Below, in pieces: positions 1-14,928 of a DNA stretch of 64,000 bases. The first letter of the stretch is position 1. Each line of letters begins with the position of its first letter. Made by a program: the position numbers and the translations under genes. A model generated the notes under the pieces. The model was not told the DNA's origin and ran no database searches. It saw only the letters and a program-made list of their open reading frames with translations. Origin of the DNA: Streblomastix strix (lineage: Eukaryota); NCBI GenBank assembly GCA_008636045.1, contig SNRW01000001.1:1-64000 (forward strand), read 5' to 3'.

Positions 1-3000
1 GTGAGTACAACAAAAATATTGTACTGTATATATTAGCATAAATAGCACCTTTAGCTTTCTTAGAATCAGCAAGTAGTTAATCTGTTGTTCCCATCTAAGC
101 CCAAATCTCTCTGCATGGATGAGGTAGCTTGAGTGGAACCATCTTTCTATCTGCAATAATTAAATTGCACAGCGCAGAAGATGCAGCTTCAGCAATGAGT
201 GGGTTTTCAAAGTGAATCAGATGCTATAACTCTTTAATAATCATAATCATCTAAACTGTATGTGTACTCTCTGCTTGTGCACCATCAGCTATTGCATCAA
301 GGCAGAATGCATATAGAGGAATAAAGTTGAATGATCTGACCGTATACATAACCTCCACCATATTCTTAAGCATATCTGTCTGCATCATGTCTTCTACAAT
401 CTCATCATTGTCTTATGTAATGCAAATAGTTACTGCACATATCCCATTGAGTATTGCATGTCCATAGTCATCTACTTTCTATGACATGAATTCTGTCCTT
501 AATATACTGAGCTCTTTAACCATTATTTTCAAAATCTCCTTTGCTGCTTCATGTCTGTTTTCTTTACTTTATGGATAATATCTTCTGTTTTCATAATTTG
601 ATATAATTTCTGCTAAATTTGTGGCTGTTTGTGTTCTGCACTGCAAAAGTTGTAAGAAAGTAGCGCTCAATGCATCTTCTATAGACCCTTTAACCAATCT
701 CTCTTTAATGACCTTCTCTGAAACAGCAGTCTTCACAATCCATTGAACTTCATATGCTCCTTCTTTTGCAAGAGTTATAAGTATTCTTTATAGTGGAGCT
801 ACATTCACATCCTTGTCTGTAAGTATTTATGTAGAAATTGTATTAGCAAAATTGTTCTGTAGAATTGCAAAGTGGTTCTATTTATTCTTTGAGAGTGATT
901 GAAGAGATTGTATTGCACTGTTCTTAATGCTTCTCTATGGATGTTGAAAAGCTTTCTACAATGCGCTAGCTGTTTCAAGTCTGTATTACTCTGGAAGTGG
1001 AGCAGCTTTGTATATCCATCCAACACAGCATGAAGATAAAGCTTGAACATTTACATTCCCTTCACACTGCACCCCATTTGTGAATATTGATTAAACAGAT
1101 CCGTTCTATTCCAGTTGCACACGAAGAGGATTTGAATCGTTCTCTGAAACGTTTTCAACTGATGCATTGATAACGTTTGCTATTGCTGTGATTGTTGATT
1201 CTCTCGCTCGTTTAGTTTGCCATGGTAGAATCTATGAGAGAACATTCACCACTTTGATCATAAGTGCCTTTGAGAATTCTTTCGCTGCAAGACATGATGT
1301 GATGATTCTGAGAGTCTCAGTAAATGTCTCAGTGACGCTTTGAGGGGGCAAACATCGAACAAACTCCTGAAGATCATCAACAAACTTTGTCTTTCTTACT
1401 TCCTTTGGGGAAATCTTACCAGCTTCAATCTCCTTCACAACAATATTGCATATCTCTTCAACTGATTCTAATTACTCAAGTGGTGCCCAGTTGTCAATTG
1501 AAGATGAATCAAGACTTTTTTATCTCAATGTTCCTGATCCTTTTGCTTATTAAACTTTCCTTCTTCTCTCATCCTCTCTCTATTTTGCATATTCAACTTA
1601 CTTCTTTTGCTCTTTTAATACAATTGTCAGTTTCTCAATCTCTTCTTTTATTTATTCTTCATCTTCCTTACCCAAAGTTGCTTCTTCTATTTTCTTCTTC
1701 AGTGAATCAATTTTTCCAATCGCTTTTTTGTCCTTAACAAGATCAAGGATTGTTGCTGCTATAGCTTGTGTACCAATCTTCGCATTCTTATATGATGGAA
1801 GAGACAACTGATACAATTTATCTCTTGGTAACTGAGTTTTCAACTCTTGAATTCTATTCGTACCAGCTTTCAAAATAAGAATGGAGATTAACTAAAGTGA
1901 TCGGTATAAAATCTCAGAATCATCTGTATCAATAAGCGCTTGAACGATATTTGCAATTCCTGCTTAGAATATTGGCTCGATATTGTCTTATGATTGTGCA
2001 AGTGAAGACAGTGAACTAATTGCATTTTCATCTAGGATCTTGGCTTAAATAATAAGTTTATTAAGTACATTAGAACATATATTATCTGGAAGAGTTTCAG
2101 CCTAAAATATCCAACCAATAATTATAGATAATAAAGGAGATATTTAATTATTTTCCTTATCTTTCAATGAAATTATATTTTATGTCAAAATATTTATTAC
2201 ATCCTTTGATATCAATTCTTATTTGAATGGATATGGATCTGAAATAGAAGGAATAATATTAAGATCGTTTGAGGAGTGAGGTGTAGTTAGTCCGATCTTA
2301 ATTAGAAGCTGCAGACATTGTGAGGCAACAAGTGCAATTCTGCTGTCAAAATGTCCTGTGAGATTAGCAAGACCTTCTGGAAGATGCGTATCGAATAGGC
2401 TTACTTTCTATTGAGATGGAAATTTGGCATCTTCTTCAATAAAATGAAGGATCTTTTCAATTACATTCAGATGAATTGTGGTGATTTGATGGTGTGGGAG
2501 ATTATGTGTTATTAATGTAGTAAATTCTTCAAAGAAACTGATTTACTTTTCGTCTTCACTATAACCTGCCAATGATTTAAAAGCACCAAGTATGGCTTTG
2601 TCTTCCCAAACATCAATCAGTTTTGATGTTATAATTGAGAGTCCTCCAATTGTTATTTGCATATCAGATGGTGGAGATTGTGCTTTCAAATTTGCTTATT
2701 CTAAATTATCATAAGAATTGCTATTTGCTGAATTTTATTTAATACTTTAAAGATAATCATTCTATATACGGAATATTCTTGCCATATCATAAAAGATTCC
2801 TACCTGAATTTGAAGGCAAACATCTTCCTTTGCGATGAAACCAATTCCTTCTGCAATGTTTTTCAAATATGTGGACTTTGTTGTCAATGATAAGATATAG
2901 GCAATTAAATGAGCTCCACTTTTCAATGGAATCAAATCTCGAACAATAAGCTCATGGATTTTTGTTGATTTGACAAGATCTTGAATCAGAGTCTTTGTGG

Positions 3001-5673
3001 GTTGGGATCCTAATCTCGCAAGAAGAGCAAGAAGCTCTAGTGAATATGCACTTATTTCGCTGTCATCGCCACTCGATAGTGGAGTGAGAGTATATTTCAC
3101 AAAGTCTCCTGCAATGATTTCTGTGTGGTTTACTGTTATTAAATAAAAAAAATAGGAATAAATAAAGAAATATTAATTAAAATATATAAATATAATATAA
3201 TATAAGCAAACCATCACAAGAGGCAAGTGAGATAAGTGCAAGAAGTATGTTAATAATTTGATTGGAGTTGATTGTTGAACTTTTCAATAATTTTAATAGC
3301 CATTCTTTTAGTCTTTGTATTATACCTCCCTCACCTTTTAAATTTTAAGGTAATGGTTCTTTTTAGAATAAATGAGCAAGGATGAGTGAAGACCTTCTAT
3401 GTATATCTTCATTAACATTTCCTTTCAATCCAATTAATATGAGTGTATTTAATGAATATCCTCTTTCAAGATTTTATCTGAGCCAGGAACTCGTTTCGTA
3501 TCCATATGCAAGTGTGAATGATTTTGCAATGATGTACATACAATCCAAAGCTCTATCCTTGACATCTTTCTCTTAGCTATGCATTTATAAGGAAAATACA
3601 CGCATATATCTCTCTCCAAACTTCTTAATTGTGACATGACTTGGAAGAGATGAAAGGAGATCATAGAGAAGTTTTGACCAAGATATTTCAATAAGATCAA
3701 TTGGTATTTCCTCAAGAAGAGTAAGAATGTCTTTTGGAATATCAGATGATGCTATAATCTCCGCTGCATGTGACTAAAGCTCTGGTTTGTTATTCGGGAT
3801 TATCTGCTTAAGGATTTTTGATCCAAAAGTAAAGAGAAGAACTGCAACCTATACGGATCTCTCATCTTCTGTGGGTCTTTGAGATACTTCAAGTCCACTC
3901 TCCTATGATTGGAAAATAATTCTCTGAATGTTCTTATGGATTCCAAGCGAGATTTCATCAACAATTGTCTGTATTTCTCTTTTGAATATATTCACTCTCT
4001 CAGAAGTTATATTGAGGGGCTTATATTTGCTAAGAATTTAAATCATTTGAAGCTCCAGATTTTCAATCCTTTGCAAATCTGAAGATGAGTTACTATTAAA
4101 TGTAATGGGTTTTGTTATCTCCTTCAATGCAACTCCAAATTCAGCTGCTCCTCCACTGCTAGCCTATGAAATTTCAAACTCTGCACTCGCCAATTAAGAT
4201 AATAATGTAATCTGCCCTTCCTATCTAACAGGTTCTTCTCTAATTCTCTACTCCTAGAAGAATGGAGCAAAGAAAGATGATGATGAGGAAGAACGTGTTT
4301 CTGATTCCTATTCAATTGTTGTATATAACTTTCTGTCTGTGACGCTTGGTTTGAATGATGCAGATCTTCGAGTAGTCATTCCACGCAGTGACTCTCCAAG
4401 ATTCGTACGGTGTGATGTACGCTGTGAATAAATAGGACCTTCTAATGATGAATATCTTTATGTTTATATTGGCATTGTCAGAGAAAGAAGAGGAACATTG
4501 CTGTGAGTGGATATTTGTGCTATCGATTGTTATTACAATTAATTAATTCTTTCCTAAGCTTCTGGTTTCCGAAGGATATCCCGAGTTGTAAGTCTTTGAG
4601 ATGGGTTCTATATAAATTATTTATTACAATAAATATATAAATGTTTCATAGTTGAAATATTATTCATTCATACTTTTTCAAGCATGCCCAATATAAGTTA
4701 TTGCAACTCTGGAGATTACAACTTCTAAAATGGCTTTGGAAGTCTGCTCATGATATTCATTGTAAGATTAAGACTGGTCTTTCCACTGAAAGGCTGTTGC
4801 TGCTCAGCAAGTTCATAAAGCAATGAACCAAGTGCCCAAATATCTGATTGCTCAGTTGGCCTGCAAAAATAAGTCAAGGTTTAATAATTTTAATAAAAAT
4901 ATTTAAATTTGCACCTTTCTCCTTTAACTGATTCGGGACTTGGGCAAATTCTAAATAAAAAAATTCATTATCAACTTTTTAAATATGTCATATTTCAAAC
5001 TTTTACTTGACTGCATCTTTTGAATAATCTTTGTTTTGTAGAATTAATCTTTCAATCCAGAAATCGGCTAACAATAAATAAGAAAAAGGAATATTATGTA
5101 AAATAAAAGATTAGAAAGAATAAGTACCAAGTTTGACTGTTCCAGATTCAGTTAAAAATACATTAGAAAATTTCAGATTCTTATGAAATATCTTTTTAGA
5201 GTGCAAATAGTGCAGAGATAAAGCAATTCCTGTAGCTATATCCCAGAGTTACTATAAAAAAAGAAGTGAGAAAGTCTGCAAGTTGGTGATTACAATCATA
5301 CTTTTTCTGTTATTGGCTCGTTCTGTTCCTTCGACTACTGAAGTAGTCCTTCCAGACTTCCTCCGTCAATAAATTCAAAAATGATGTAAAATCGTCCGTC
5401 ACTTTCAAATGATCCAAGACAGCTAACAATTCGATCTTGTTTTAGTTTCTTACTAATAGATAATTCTTCTTTTGCAACACGGAGCTATTGATCGGTTGTG
5501 AAGCATAATTCTTTGATTGCAACCCTTTGACGATTGATTTTATCACGAGCTGAGTAAGTTCGTCCTAGTGCGCCGTTCCCAAGCAGCTATATATCATCAA
5601 CTATTGAATATTTTTTATATTTAAATAGACAATAAAAATGATGAGGCAAACATTCACTTATTAGACTTTACAT
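1..5673 (-). CDS. NEK-like protein (pseudo)kinase with long C-terminal ARM/HEAT-like helical region; spliced, 3' end runs off the window
   Basis: With TAR=Gln: ATG at 5673, GT-AG intron 5601-5651, then LLGNGALGRTY (Gly loop), VAIKE, IIFEFIDGGSL, YLHSKKIFHKNLKFSNVFL, VKLADFW, SPE, SDIWALGSLLYEL, NPSQRLT. The frame continues as an alpha-helical region to position 1 with a further intron near 3.14-3.21 kb. Confidence 0.85.
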
Positions 5674-6648
5674 AAACTTAATTTTTGTCAACTTCTCAAT
5701 CTGAAATAGAAAATGATAATAAATAAGTATTGTATATATTATTCATATTGAAAAAATCTAAAAAAAAATGTAGAAATTAATTCAATACTTGTAGAAAAAT
5801 GCTATTTTAATATATAATTTTTAATTTTTATTTTATTATGCTTTACTGAAGTTAAAAGGTATATAATGCATGCTATTATATTTATATTTATTTCATAATG
5901 AGAACAAAATTGTAAATAGTGAAATAATATACATTATTATAGATAAAAAAAGCGATTTAAGTAAATTTAAATACAAAAAAGGAAAGGACAATCTAAAGCT
6001 AATCATTCGGAAAGTATGATTGAAGTTTCATATATTAGAGTAATATTATATATGACTAAAGCGAAAATGTTTTGAACACGTATTAAACTGCCGTATTTGT
6101 GACTATGAAAATAGTCCATACGAAACCACTGAATAAGCACAAAATCGGAATGCAGGAGATAATTCATTTGAATTAATATATTAAGTTTAAAATGTGAATG
6201 CAGGATAAAGAGGAGAAAGACAATTAGGACATGGAGTTGATGCTTAATGATTATCTTGCACATGGTAATACTTTGGAAGATGGGAGTGACAATGCATACA
6301 GATATGCAGACAGAAACAGGATACATAAAGAGAAATAGACAATAGCAGATGGATATCAAAGAAGATATAAAGAATGATATTTATTTAAGATTGAATATTT
6401 TCAAAATTTTCTCATAAGGAATAATATAAAATAAAGTTATGTTGCTTATTTATTATTAAACAAAATTAATTTCATTTCATTTGACAAATTATATGACTAT
6501 TTAAATAAATTTTCAAAATGTAACTTCGAAATAATTTAGCTAATTCTTAATATTTTAATAGAATTAAATATATCAAAATATAAATACTGTTAATATGCAT
6601 AATTAATAACTTAAAAGCATTATAAAAATACAGATAATAGTGCAAATA

Positions 6649-9600
6649 TCATCTATGATTTTATGTCAATTTCAATTGAATTCGTTCAATCACATCATCA
6701 AATTATTACTTTTCTTGCATATTTGCATTGGGACCATTGAAAAATATATCTAAAGATTGTGGAACAACAAATTAAGACAAATTTGGATTTGTATTCAAGA
6801 TTAAATTTAAATCCATGACAGATTTTTCTTATTTATTCTTCTTGTTTGAAACCCTTTCTTTGTCTTTTCCACGCTGACTAATGTCCAATAAAAATATTCC
6901 AAGATCCAAATCCATTGAAGTGAAGTGTGGAGTAATCCATGTATTGAAGAAAATCAGAATATCATTTGCTGACTACTATTCTTAATTTTGTTTAACTTTT
7001 GTTACTAACTCGTGGAAAGCCAACAACTTACGAAATAGAGCAACATGAGCATTTAAGTGTAATCTCCTGGCTATTGCAGGGAAACCAAATGAATTCATCA
7101 AGTGCTCTTCGTCAGCAAAATGCGCAGCTGTGACAAGAATCAATCCATCAAATTACTCTAAAATTATTTTGTCAGCCTCTTCAACGCGCATCACAGGACC
7201 GGTTTCAATCCTCTTAACTTCATCCACAACATTCATCATTGTTTAAATCAGCATTTTGTGACCTTAATCCAATCGATGAGTTTCTGTTGTCATTTCTTCC
7301 TTCCATTCTATACGCTCAATCTGATTTATTTTGGCAAGAAGTTCCATTTAAGATGAAATTTTTGATATATTAACTAATATTTATGGAATTGGTGCAATCA
7401 GAGCAAATGAAATTATGATAAGGAGAATCATTGCTAACGCAAAAAGCCCTATCGTTAATTTGGTATATAAATTCCCATGTTCTTCTAATAGTTGAATAAA
7501 TATGAATGAAATATGTTCAATAGCTGCATGGATATCTGCAATAGATGTGTATATGATATTGAAATAATCAGGGTCAAATTCATAAACATTCCCAGGTTCA
7601 AAAGATTCAATTGCAATTCCAGTAGAAGCAATATATTCCGTTATTAGTTGTTAAAGTCCATTAAATGGTATTGGTATTAGGAAACCAATTCTATCAGGAA
7701 TATCACAAAGTTCTTGAAAATCATCATAAATATCAGGTGAGTATAGACATTCAGAATTAGCTATCATTATTTCATCAATCTTTGTATTCATTCCTTATAA
7801 TATTGGTAGATTAAATGAATCAACAAATGCATCTCCAGAAGGTTCAATTTCATTTATCCCTTCTCCATTAGTTCCATATTGTAACCGTCTTTCAATATTA
7901 ATTAATAAATTCATCAATTCGGTAATAACATTCTTCTAATATTCATAATTTATAATATATGATGTATTTTTAAATATAAACGAGTTATATTTATTTGAAG
8001 AGTAAATTGCACTTTCAGACAAAGCAGTATAATTCATTCCTTAAGCTACTAAGGTTACTATTTAAGATATTTGACTAATTACAATGTCACGATATGAATT
8101 AATAGTTGATTATGATGCTAAATTCTATAAATTTATCATTGATATGAATCCAATAACAAAATATGGTACTATACTTACTAAAACAAGCAAAGTTCCAATG
8201 ATAAGTCTGATGTTTATAGAATATGGTATTATATTTTTCCTCAATTTTTTCAATTTTTCCTCAGCTTCTTCTATTCTCCTTTATTGTTATGCTTACATCT
8301 CATCAGTTTCATCAGTTTAATTCTATGAATCATCTAAAGTTTTGTTTTTCATTACTGGCTTTTAACTATTTACAGAACTGTTATTTTAATTTTATGCACT
8401 TTGAATAGAATTAATTGTTAATTACATATCATCATTTTATATATTCTCTTGAATATTTTCTATATCATTTTGTTTAATATTATTAGTTTAATATTCATCT
8501 TCTTTTATTGAATATAGATTGCTTTAAGCAGATTCTTTTGTTGCCCGTGAAGATGTTCTACTTGGTATGTGTTCTGTATCAGATTAATTCAATGATGTTT
8601 TTATACTCTTAAATGATGAATTCAATGCTGCACTTGAAGATTTTGATTTTAATCTTTTTAGTTTTAATCCTGTTCGTTTCTTTGAACTTCCATTTTCTGT
8701 ATCCAATTATTCATAAGTACGTTGTGCATCTTTTTGAGTGATTTGACATAATAATTTTACAGCTTATGTTCTCTTTTTCAAAACAAAATACATTAAAGTC
8801 ATTACAGGAGCAATAAAGCCTATAATGAGCACTAAACTGGAAATTGAAAGACAAAACGCTTGCACTAATTATGACACTAAAGCAGTATGTACAACCTGTT
8901 CTCTTAATATACCTGTGAAATGCTTCATCTATATTTAAAAAAATATATTTAAGAATAAAATTAATGAAAAATGAAATAATTAAGTAAATATATAATAGTA
9001 ATAATAATTTAAACTTCTTCGTTGAGTATCGACGGAATCATAATAACCATCTCTGTATAAACTTACACAACTCGCAGCCATTCTGGAATATCTAAAGGTT
9101 CTTGAAATATACAAAATAATATCTCATTAGACACATCTTCAACCAGATTTACAAGTTGAACTGGTGTAACTTCAGAAGTGCGAATATCAGTTATATCACT
9201 ATCCGATGCAAGAAGAGGCTCAAGATACTAAACATTCCTTTCCCACCAGAATTACTGATTATACGTCTCATGAAGAATATCAATAAATCCAGTATTTACT
9301 TCATCGGCGAATGCTTTTTAATCTTCATATGATAAAAATAACTCATCAATGTAATCTTCCTCTAATATAGATTGACTAATCTTTTATTGAAATGTAGCCT
9401 ATTTGAGAATTATTATAAAATAAATGTAATTATAGATTTTAAAAGTTTTAAAAAATGCATACTATTAGAACAAAATCATAGATGTAAAAATCTAATTCAG
9501 TATTGAACCACATTGTAAAAGCTGTTACAGAAACTTAACTATTCACAAGTTAATTAGAAGATGAAAAACTTGTGAATATGAAAATAAAAGAAACTAAGAA

Positions 9601-12476
9601 GAGCAGTGCTACAATGACAATTGAAGAATAAAGAAGGAATGCAGAAAGTATTTATGCTTAATTTGTCTCATTTCCAACACTTTTCCTTACTCCTAATAAC
9701 CAATCCACACTCACTCCAATTTATAAAGTACTAATGTTTTATTATTCTGATTTCGAATTATCACTTGTGTCAAGTTAATTAATTTTCTTCTTCTTATCTT
9801 TTTATTTATCTCCTTTTCCTTATCCAACGGATGGATCTATCCAATCAGAATCTATTCCTTTATCAAAACTTTCGAATTAATCAGTGCCAATTTCATTATC
9901 ATTGTCAGCGTTATTATCTATTGAACCACCAATAGATAATTATTAATCCTATTCTTCTATTATATCTGCTTATTTCAACATTTCAATAGCTCCTTTACTG
10001 TTAAGATATACATCTCTTTCAAGTAATGCAAACTAGCGTAAAGCATTTGAATTCTTCGGATTCAGTCTTAAAATCTACAAATAAATTTCATAAGCTTATT
10101 ATCCTGCAATAATAGCTTTTGATGCATGAAACATCACACGTTCTACATCAATAGTTCTTCGAGCGAGTAATGCCCAAACTCTCAACATATTTCCCTTTCC
10201 AAGCTCATATTGTTCTTTTCCTTTATCCAATTGTTGTTTTTCTTCGTAAGACATCGACGACTATGCATCTTAATCATCTGTTTTTCCAGATCCTCCAGTT
10301 CCTTATTGAAGTCCTGCACTCTGTTAAAATTATTTAATGCAATAAAAGGCGATACTTCGATTAGTCCAAGAAGGATAACATTCTTTCATTTTCTGTAAAT
10401 GTGTAGCCATGCGCATTGGAAGCTACCGATAGTCCCTAAGAAATAATGCATAGTCTAAATGAGCTTCTGCTGATGCCTTGAATCGATTCTTCCTTATCAT
10501 TGTCAAAATTATATTTCCAACAAGTCGAAGTACTTCTTCGTTCCTTGCAAGATCATCCTCTTCCAAGAAACGAAGCGCTCGTTCAATATCTTCTACATAT
10601 TTCCATTGCTTAAAAAAATACTTCATAATTATAGGCCAACTTTCCAATATCAGAGGTGCATCTTTATATTATGCTAGTTCCATACTGCGAGATAGTGAAG
10701 GATTTCTCTCCGATGATGAAGATATAAATTTGGCTTTGTTTTATGGGTCTTCAATGTTATTCATTAGTTAAGTGAGATTATCAGAGTAAGTTTTGTCTCC
10801 AGGAAGAAGTGGTTGTATTTGGTTTGACTGATTTATCTCATTCTTCGTTTATAAATTTGGTACCATTTTTTTTGTGGTTTATATATTTTAATTTTGTTAT
10901 TGTTCTGCAATGTCTTGTTTTCTAGCAAGTCTAAATATCTTTTATTCTTTCCAATTTGGACCTGTTTTTACTATTATCCCAACAAGAACTTTTCTACTGA
11001 CATATTAAGTTTATTATATTTATTGTTTATTTTCTTTGTTTAAATAATCAATTTTAAAATTGTTATTTTAGTTCTCTAAATCTATCTATTTATTGTTCGT
11101 ATCATTATTTTCTTCAATTATAATTGATCTTTCTATTAAAGATTCTTCTCCACGACCTTGAAATATTTTTTTTCTTTGACCTTTCTAAATACTAAGAATA
11201 TTTGGAAAGGACTATTCCATTCCCTCCAGCAATGATTTAACTTATCTTTATTCATAAATTCCCTCAACCAGCCACATTTTCATGCATCTCCATTATGCTA
11301 CTTTCCACCCCATAATACTCATTCCTATTAATATGCATATAGACAATGTATAGAATAGAATACCTCCTAATACAGCTAATTTCCTCTTTCCAAGCTCTTC
11401 CAATCCAGATAGAAGTAATGAATCTATACCTCCTGATGCACCAACAAATAGACTACTGCATAATAAAGCATTCCCTTCCCATCGTCTACAAGGTAGTTTT
11501 AAAAAAACTAAGAATGCTAACAGAAGAAATATTATTGTATGAGCAGCTCCAACTAATATATCCCATTTCTACTCCAGAATTGAACAACATGAAGACCAAA
11601 ATCCCACAAAAACTAACAGCCATGCCTCGTACAATCCTTTTCTAACTACTAATAAGCTCTTATTCTTCATACTGGATTCAAAAACAAACATTTTTAAGAA
11701 GAATGTGACAATCAATGATAAGGCAGATATTATTGGTCCAATGATCTGAAGAATTAAAATTAATTTAGAATGACAGAATTGTACATTATAAGGAAGAGTA
11801 TCTTCATTCTTATAAAACAAGCATAATAAAGGTTTCATTGGAATTACACAAATGAGTGGTTGAAATATTGTTACATAAATCAGACTAACAATCAATGTTA
11901 AATTTCTCAAATCAACCTGGACTTTACCGAGTTACTTTTACAGCATATATACAGATAAACCAAGTATTAATGTTAAAATAATGAATAAGGCAAGTATTAT
12001 CAATAAAATTATGAGTGTTATCTATGATCGAATATAATTAGATGGGTCGATGTAAAGTCTGTAAATAAATATCATGAATATAGAAAGTAAATTAATGTAA
12101 AATATAATGAGATTAAACCCTAAATTGATAAGAATGCGATTAAACCCAAATGTGCTAATTCGAGAGCTCCTTAGAGGAAGCATAAACCATTGTAATGAGG
12201 TTAAAATCTGTAAAAATATAACGATTCCATTTGGAAGAGTTCCCGATTACTGTATAAATCCTTTTATATTAAATTAATTATGCAAAAAATGTTTTATACC
12301 CATTTAAAACCTTGCATAAATGTGAATAGTCTGTGAAGGAGGTAAATTAGTATGAAAAAGAAGAAAATGTCACACGTTTCTTCCAATTTGCTAAATTGTA
12401 CGTAGCTCATGGAATTCGACATTGTTGATATACGTGATCCCACGGACTTCTTTTCGTCACTATCAGCACCTAACAT
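6649..12476 (-). CDS. Multi-pass membrane protein (TmcB/TmcC-like, TPR region) with C-terminal hemerythrin domain
   Basis: N-terminal run of hydrophobic helices; TPR-like segments AHLDYALFLRDYR and ILRLNPKNSNALRQFALLE; further TM pairs; C-terminus has hemerythrin ligands LDQGH, HFADEE, HLNAH, WITPHFTSMD; TGA at 6649-6651. Several GT-AG introns; start codon approximate. Confidence 0.75.
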
Positions 12477-12727
12477 TTAGGCGAATTCTGCAAAATATGA
12501 AATTAAAATTAAAATATCAGAATAAAAAAACATGCGCTAAATTATTTATCAAAATTTGAAAAAAATAAGTCCTATAATATATGATAAAAATAGTATACAT
12601 GAGTTTTTGCTTAAAATAGCTCAATGAAAGAGCTGTTCAAATTTTTAGCTAAATTTAAATTTATTTACGGTGTACAAACGATTATCAGACTAAATAATTA
12701 TTATATTTTATTTAAAAATAGTGTTAT

Positions 12728-14255
12728 TCAACAAGTATTTATATCTGAAGCAGCAGTTCTTATATGCCTATCAATATGAAATTCTAGTGCTGATATAACA
12801 TCTTAATTACATCCGCTCTCCTCCATTTATTCAAATATTCTAGATCTTGTATCTGATTCATAGTTACAATATTACGATTATTCAAAAAGTGATAATTCTC
12901 GTGCAATACTTAGACAATTTCCACAAATCTCGAATTTATTACCTTGACTTTCTAATAAAATGTCATTCACAAAACTCAAAACACCAACTTCTAATAAAAT
13001 ATTAATTTAGTTGTTCAAATATGAACTGTGATTATTGGAGATATTTCCTAATCCTGAGCAGACTGATCGAATAATCCATGCAGCACTTTCAGTAAAAGAT
13101 TCCCATACAATATTCTCATAATCTAAAATAATCTATTATTCTTCAATTTTAAGATCTGTTGAATGGATGAAATATTAATCCAAGATATTATTTGGTTAAA
13201 ATAGTTTTAGAAGGAGTGATTAATTATTAAATACAGCAATCTTTCCTTCCTCAGATGAAAATACAAGCTGTTAAATGATTGTAGCACATGATATAATCAT
13301 CTTATATGAATGAATATCTTTTTAATTCTTCAAATGATCTAGTAATGAATTCAGCACTTTATCAATATTCCAAAAATAAATTAATTCTTTTCGTGCTTCT
13401 GGCTGCTCACACAATGATCTTAAAACAGTCAATGTAAAGATTTTATCCCCAATTAATAAGGTATGTTCTTGGTCAACTCTGCAAATTATTTCCCAAACAA
13501 AATAAAAAAAATGAATAATAAAATTAATAATTATAAAAATAATTCAATACATCAGTAAGGGGATAATATATTTTAGATATTATTCCGAGTTTATATTAGA
13601 GGCTTTAGTTGGATCATCTAACGTCAATTGAAGTAATTAAAGTCCATTATGAATATTTTCATTGTTTTACAATAGAATAGAGATTTAGTTTTAAAGATTA
13701 GTAAGTTCTTCATCTTCAAGTACTTCACCTCGTCCGATTAATAATGCGCATTTCTATAACATGAAATTTCATTCGCTTTATTCTAATTCTTTAAAAGCTA
13801 ATTAACATATTTTTTCTTTCACACCACTCTCAATAAGTGCATAAAGTATAACATTTCCTTCGCGTATACTCTTTTCTTTAGGAATTTATAGGGAGAGATA
13901 TTCAATAATATTCAGTGAAGTAACATCAGCCCCATCTCTTCGATCTTATATTATCTGTCCCAAAAATATGAAGAAGTAGATGTCCAAAATGACCAGTTGA
14001 ACAGAATCGATATCTTCACTTTTAATAAAAATAAATATCTCTTCTAATGAGGTTTTAATATTCGTGCTGGTCTGAGTCTTAAGCTCATTAATAATAACTT
14101 TCGTTAAAATAAATCAAAATTATCAATCTTAATAAGAAAATTAACAAACTGCGTATATGATCAAATTTAATTGTTTTCTTTGTTTAACAGAGCATCCTTA
14201 AAAAAAATGAAAGTTTCAATAAATATTCACTAATTTTATACATAAGTCTATTCAT
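12728..14255 (-). CDS. Hypothetical ARM/HEAT-like helical protein, spliced
   Basis: Open under TAR=Gln with AT-rich GT-AG introns (~13.49-13.55, ~14.1 and ~14.2 kb); ends IFEQMEESGCNQDVISALEFHIDRHIRTAASDINTC-TGA; Leu/Ile-rich helical repeats. Confidence 0.6.
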
Positions 14256-14928
14256 TTTTCGATATAGGAGTGTTTATATTTTATTTGATTGGTTTTATGT
14301 TGAAATAACAGTTAGTTCGAGTTATATAAACGTTTTTATATGAAAATATTTCTAATGCGATTAATACTTAGACAGCTGGTATAAAAGTAATTTTAGATGT
14401 TAATATTATGTAAAATATCATGCAAAAATAAATATAAGTATTAAAACAGAATTGAGAGGGATTGGTACAAGCATATATCGAAAAAAAATTATTTTGCAAA
14501 TTTCCAAGTCTATCAAAGCAATAAAATGACAGATACATGAATAAAATGGCAAATACATGAATAAATATATAAAATTTGTATTTTGATAATTCAAAAAATC
14601 TCACAAGTTTGTTATTGTGTATTTGAAATAAAATATTGATAACAGGCTAACATCGGTATTTAAGCAATTCATCAGCATTGATTCTACTATTTTGCTTTTG
14701 CTTATATTAGTTAATTTTAATAATATATATTAAACATTAATTGCAAATCCAATTGTGAGAAAATGAGTGTGCAAATAAAAACATTTGCAGAACTCGTATT
14801 GATTATTAATTCAATGCAAAACCAATCTAATTAAACATAAATATTTCCAGATTGAAAAATGAATATACGTATTAATTTTAATTAACAGAATATTTATTGG
14901 AATTTTCATTTTTATTAACAGATTATTG

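Noticed and set aside
6003..6359. 118-aa hydrophobic minus-strand ORF
   Set aside because: No motif; it looks like the antisense of purine-rich intergenic or decayed sequence, and the plus-strand frame has TGA stops.
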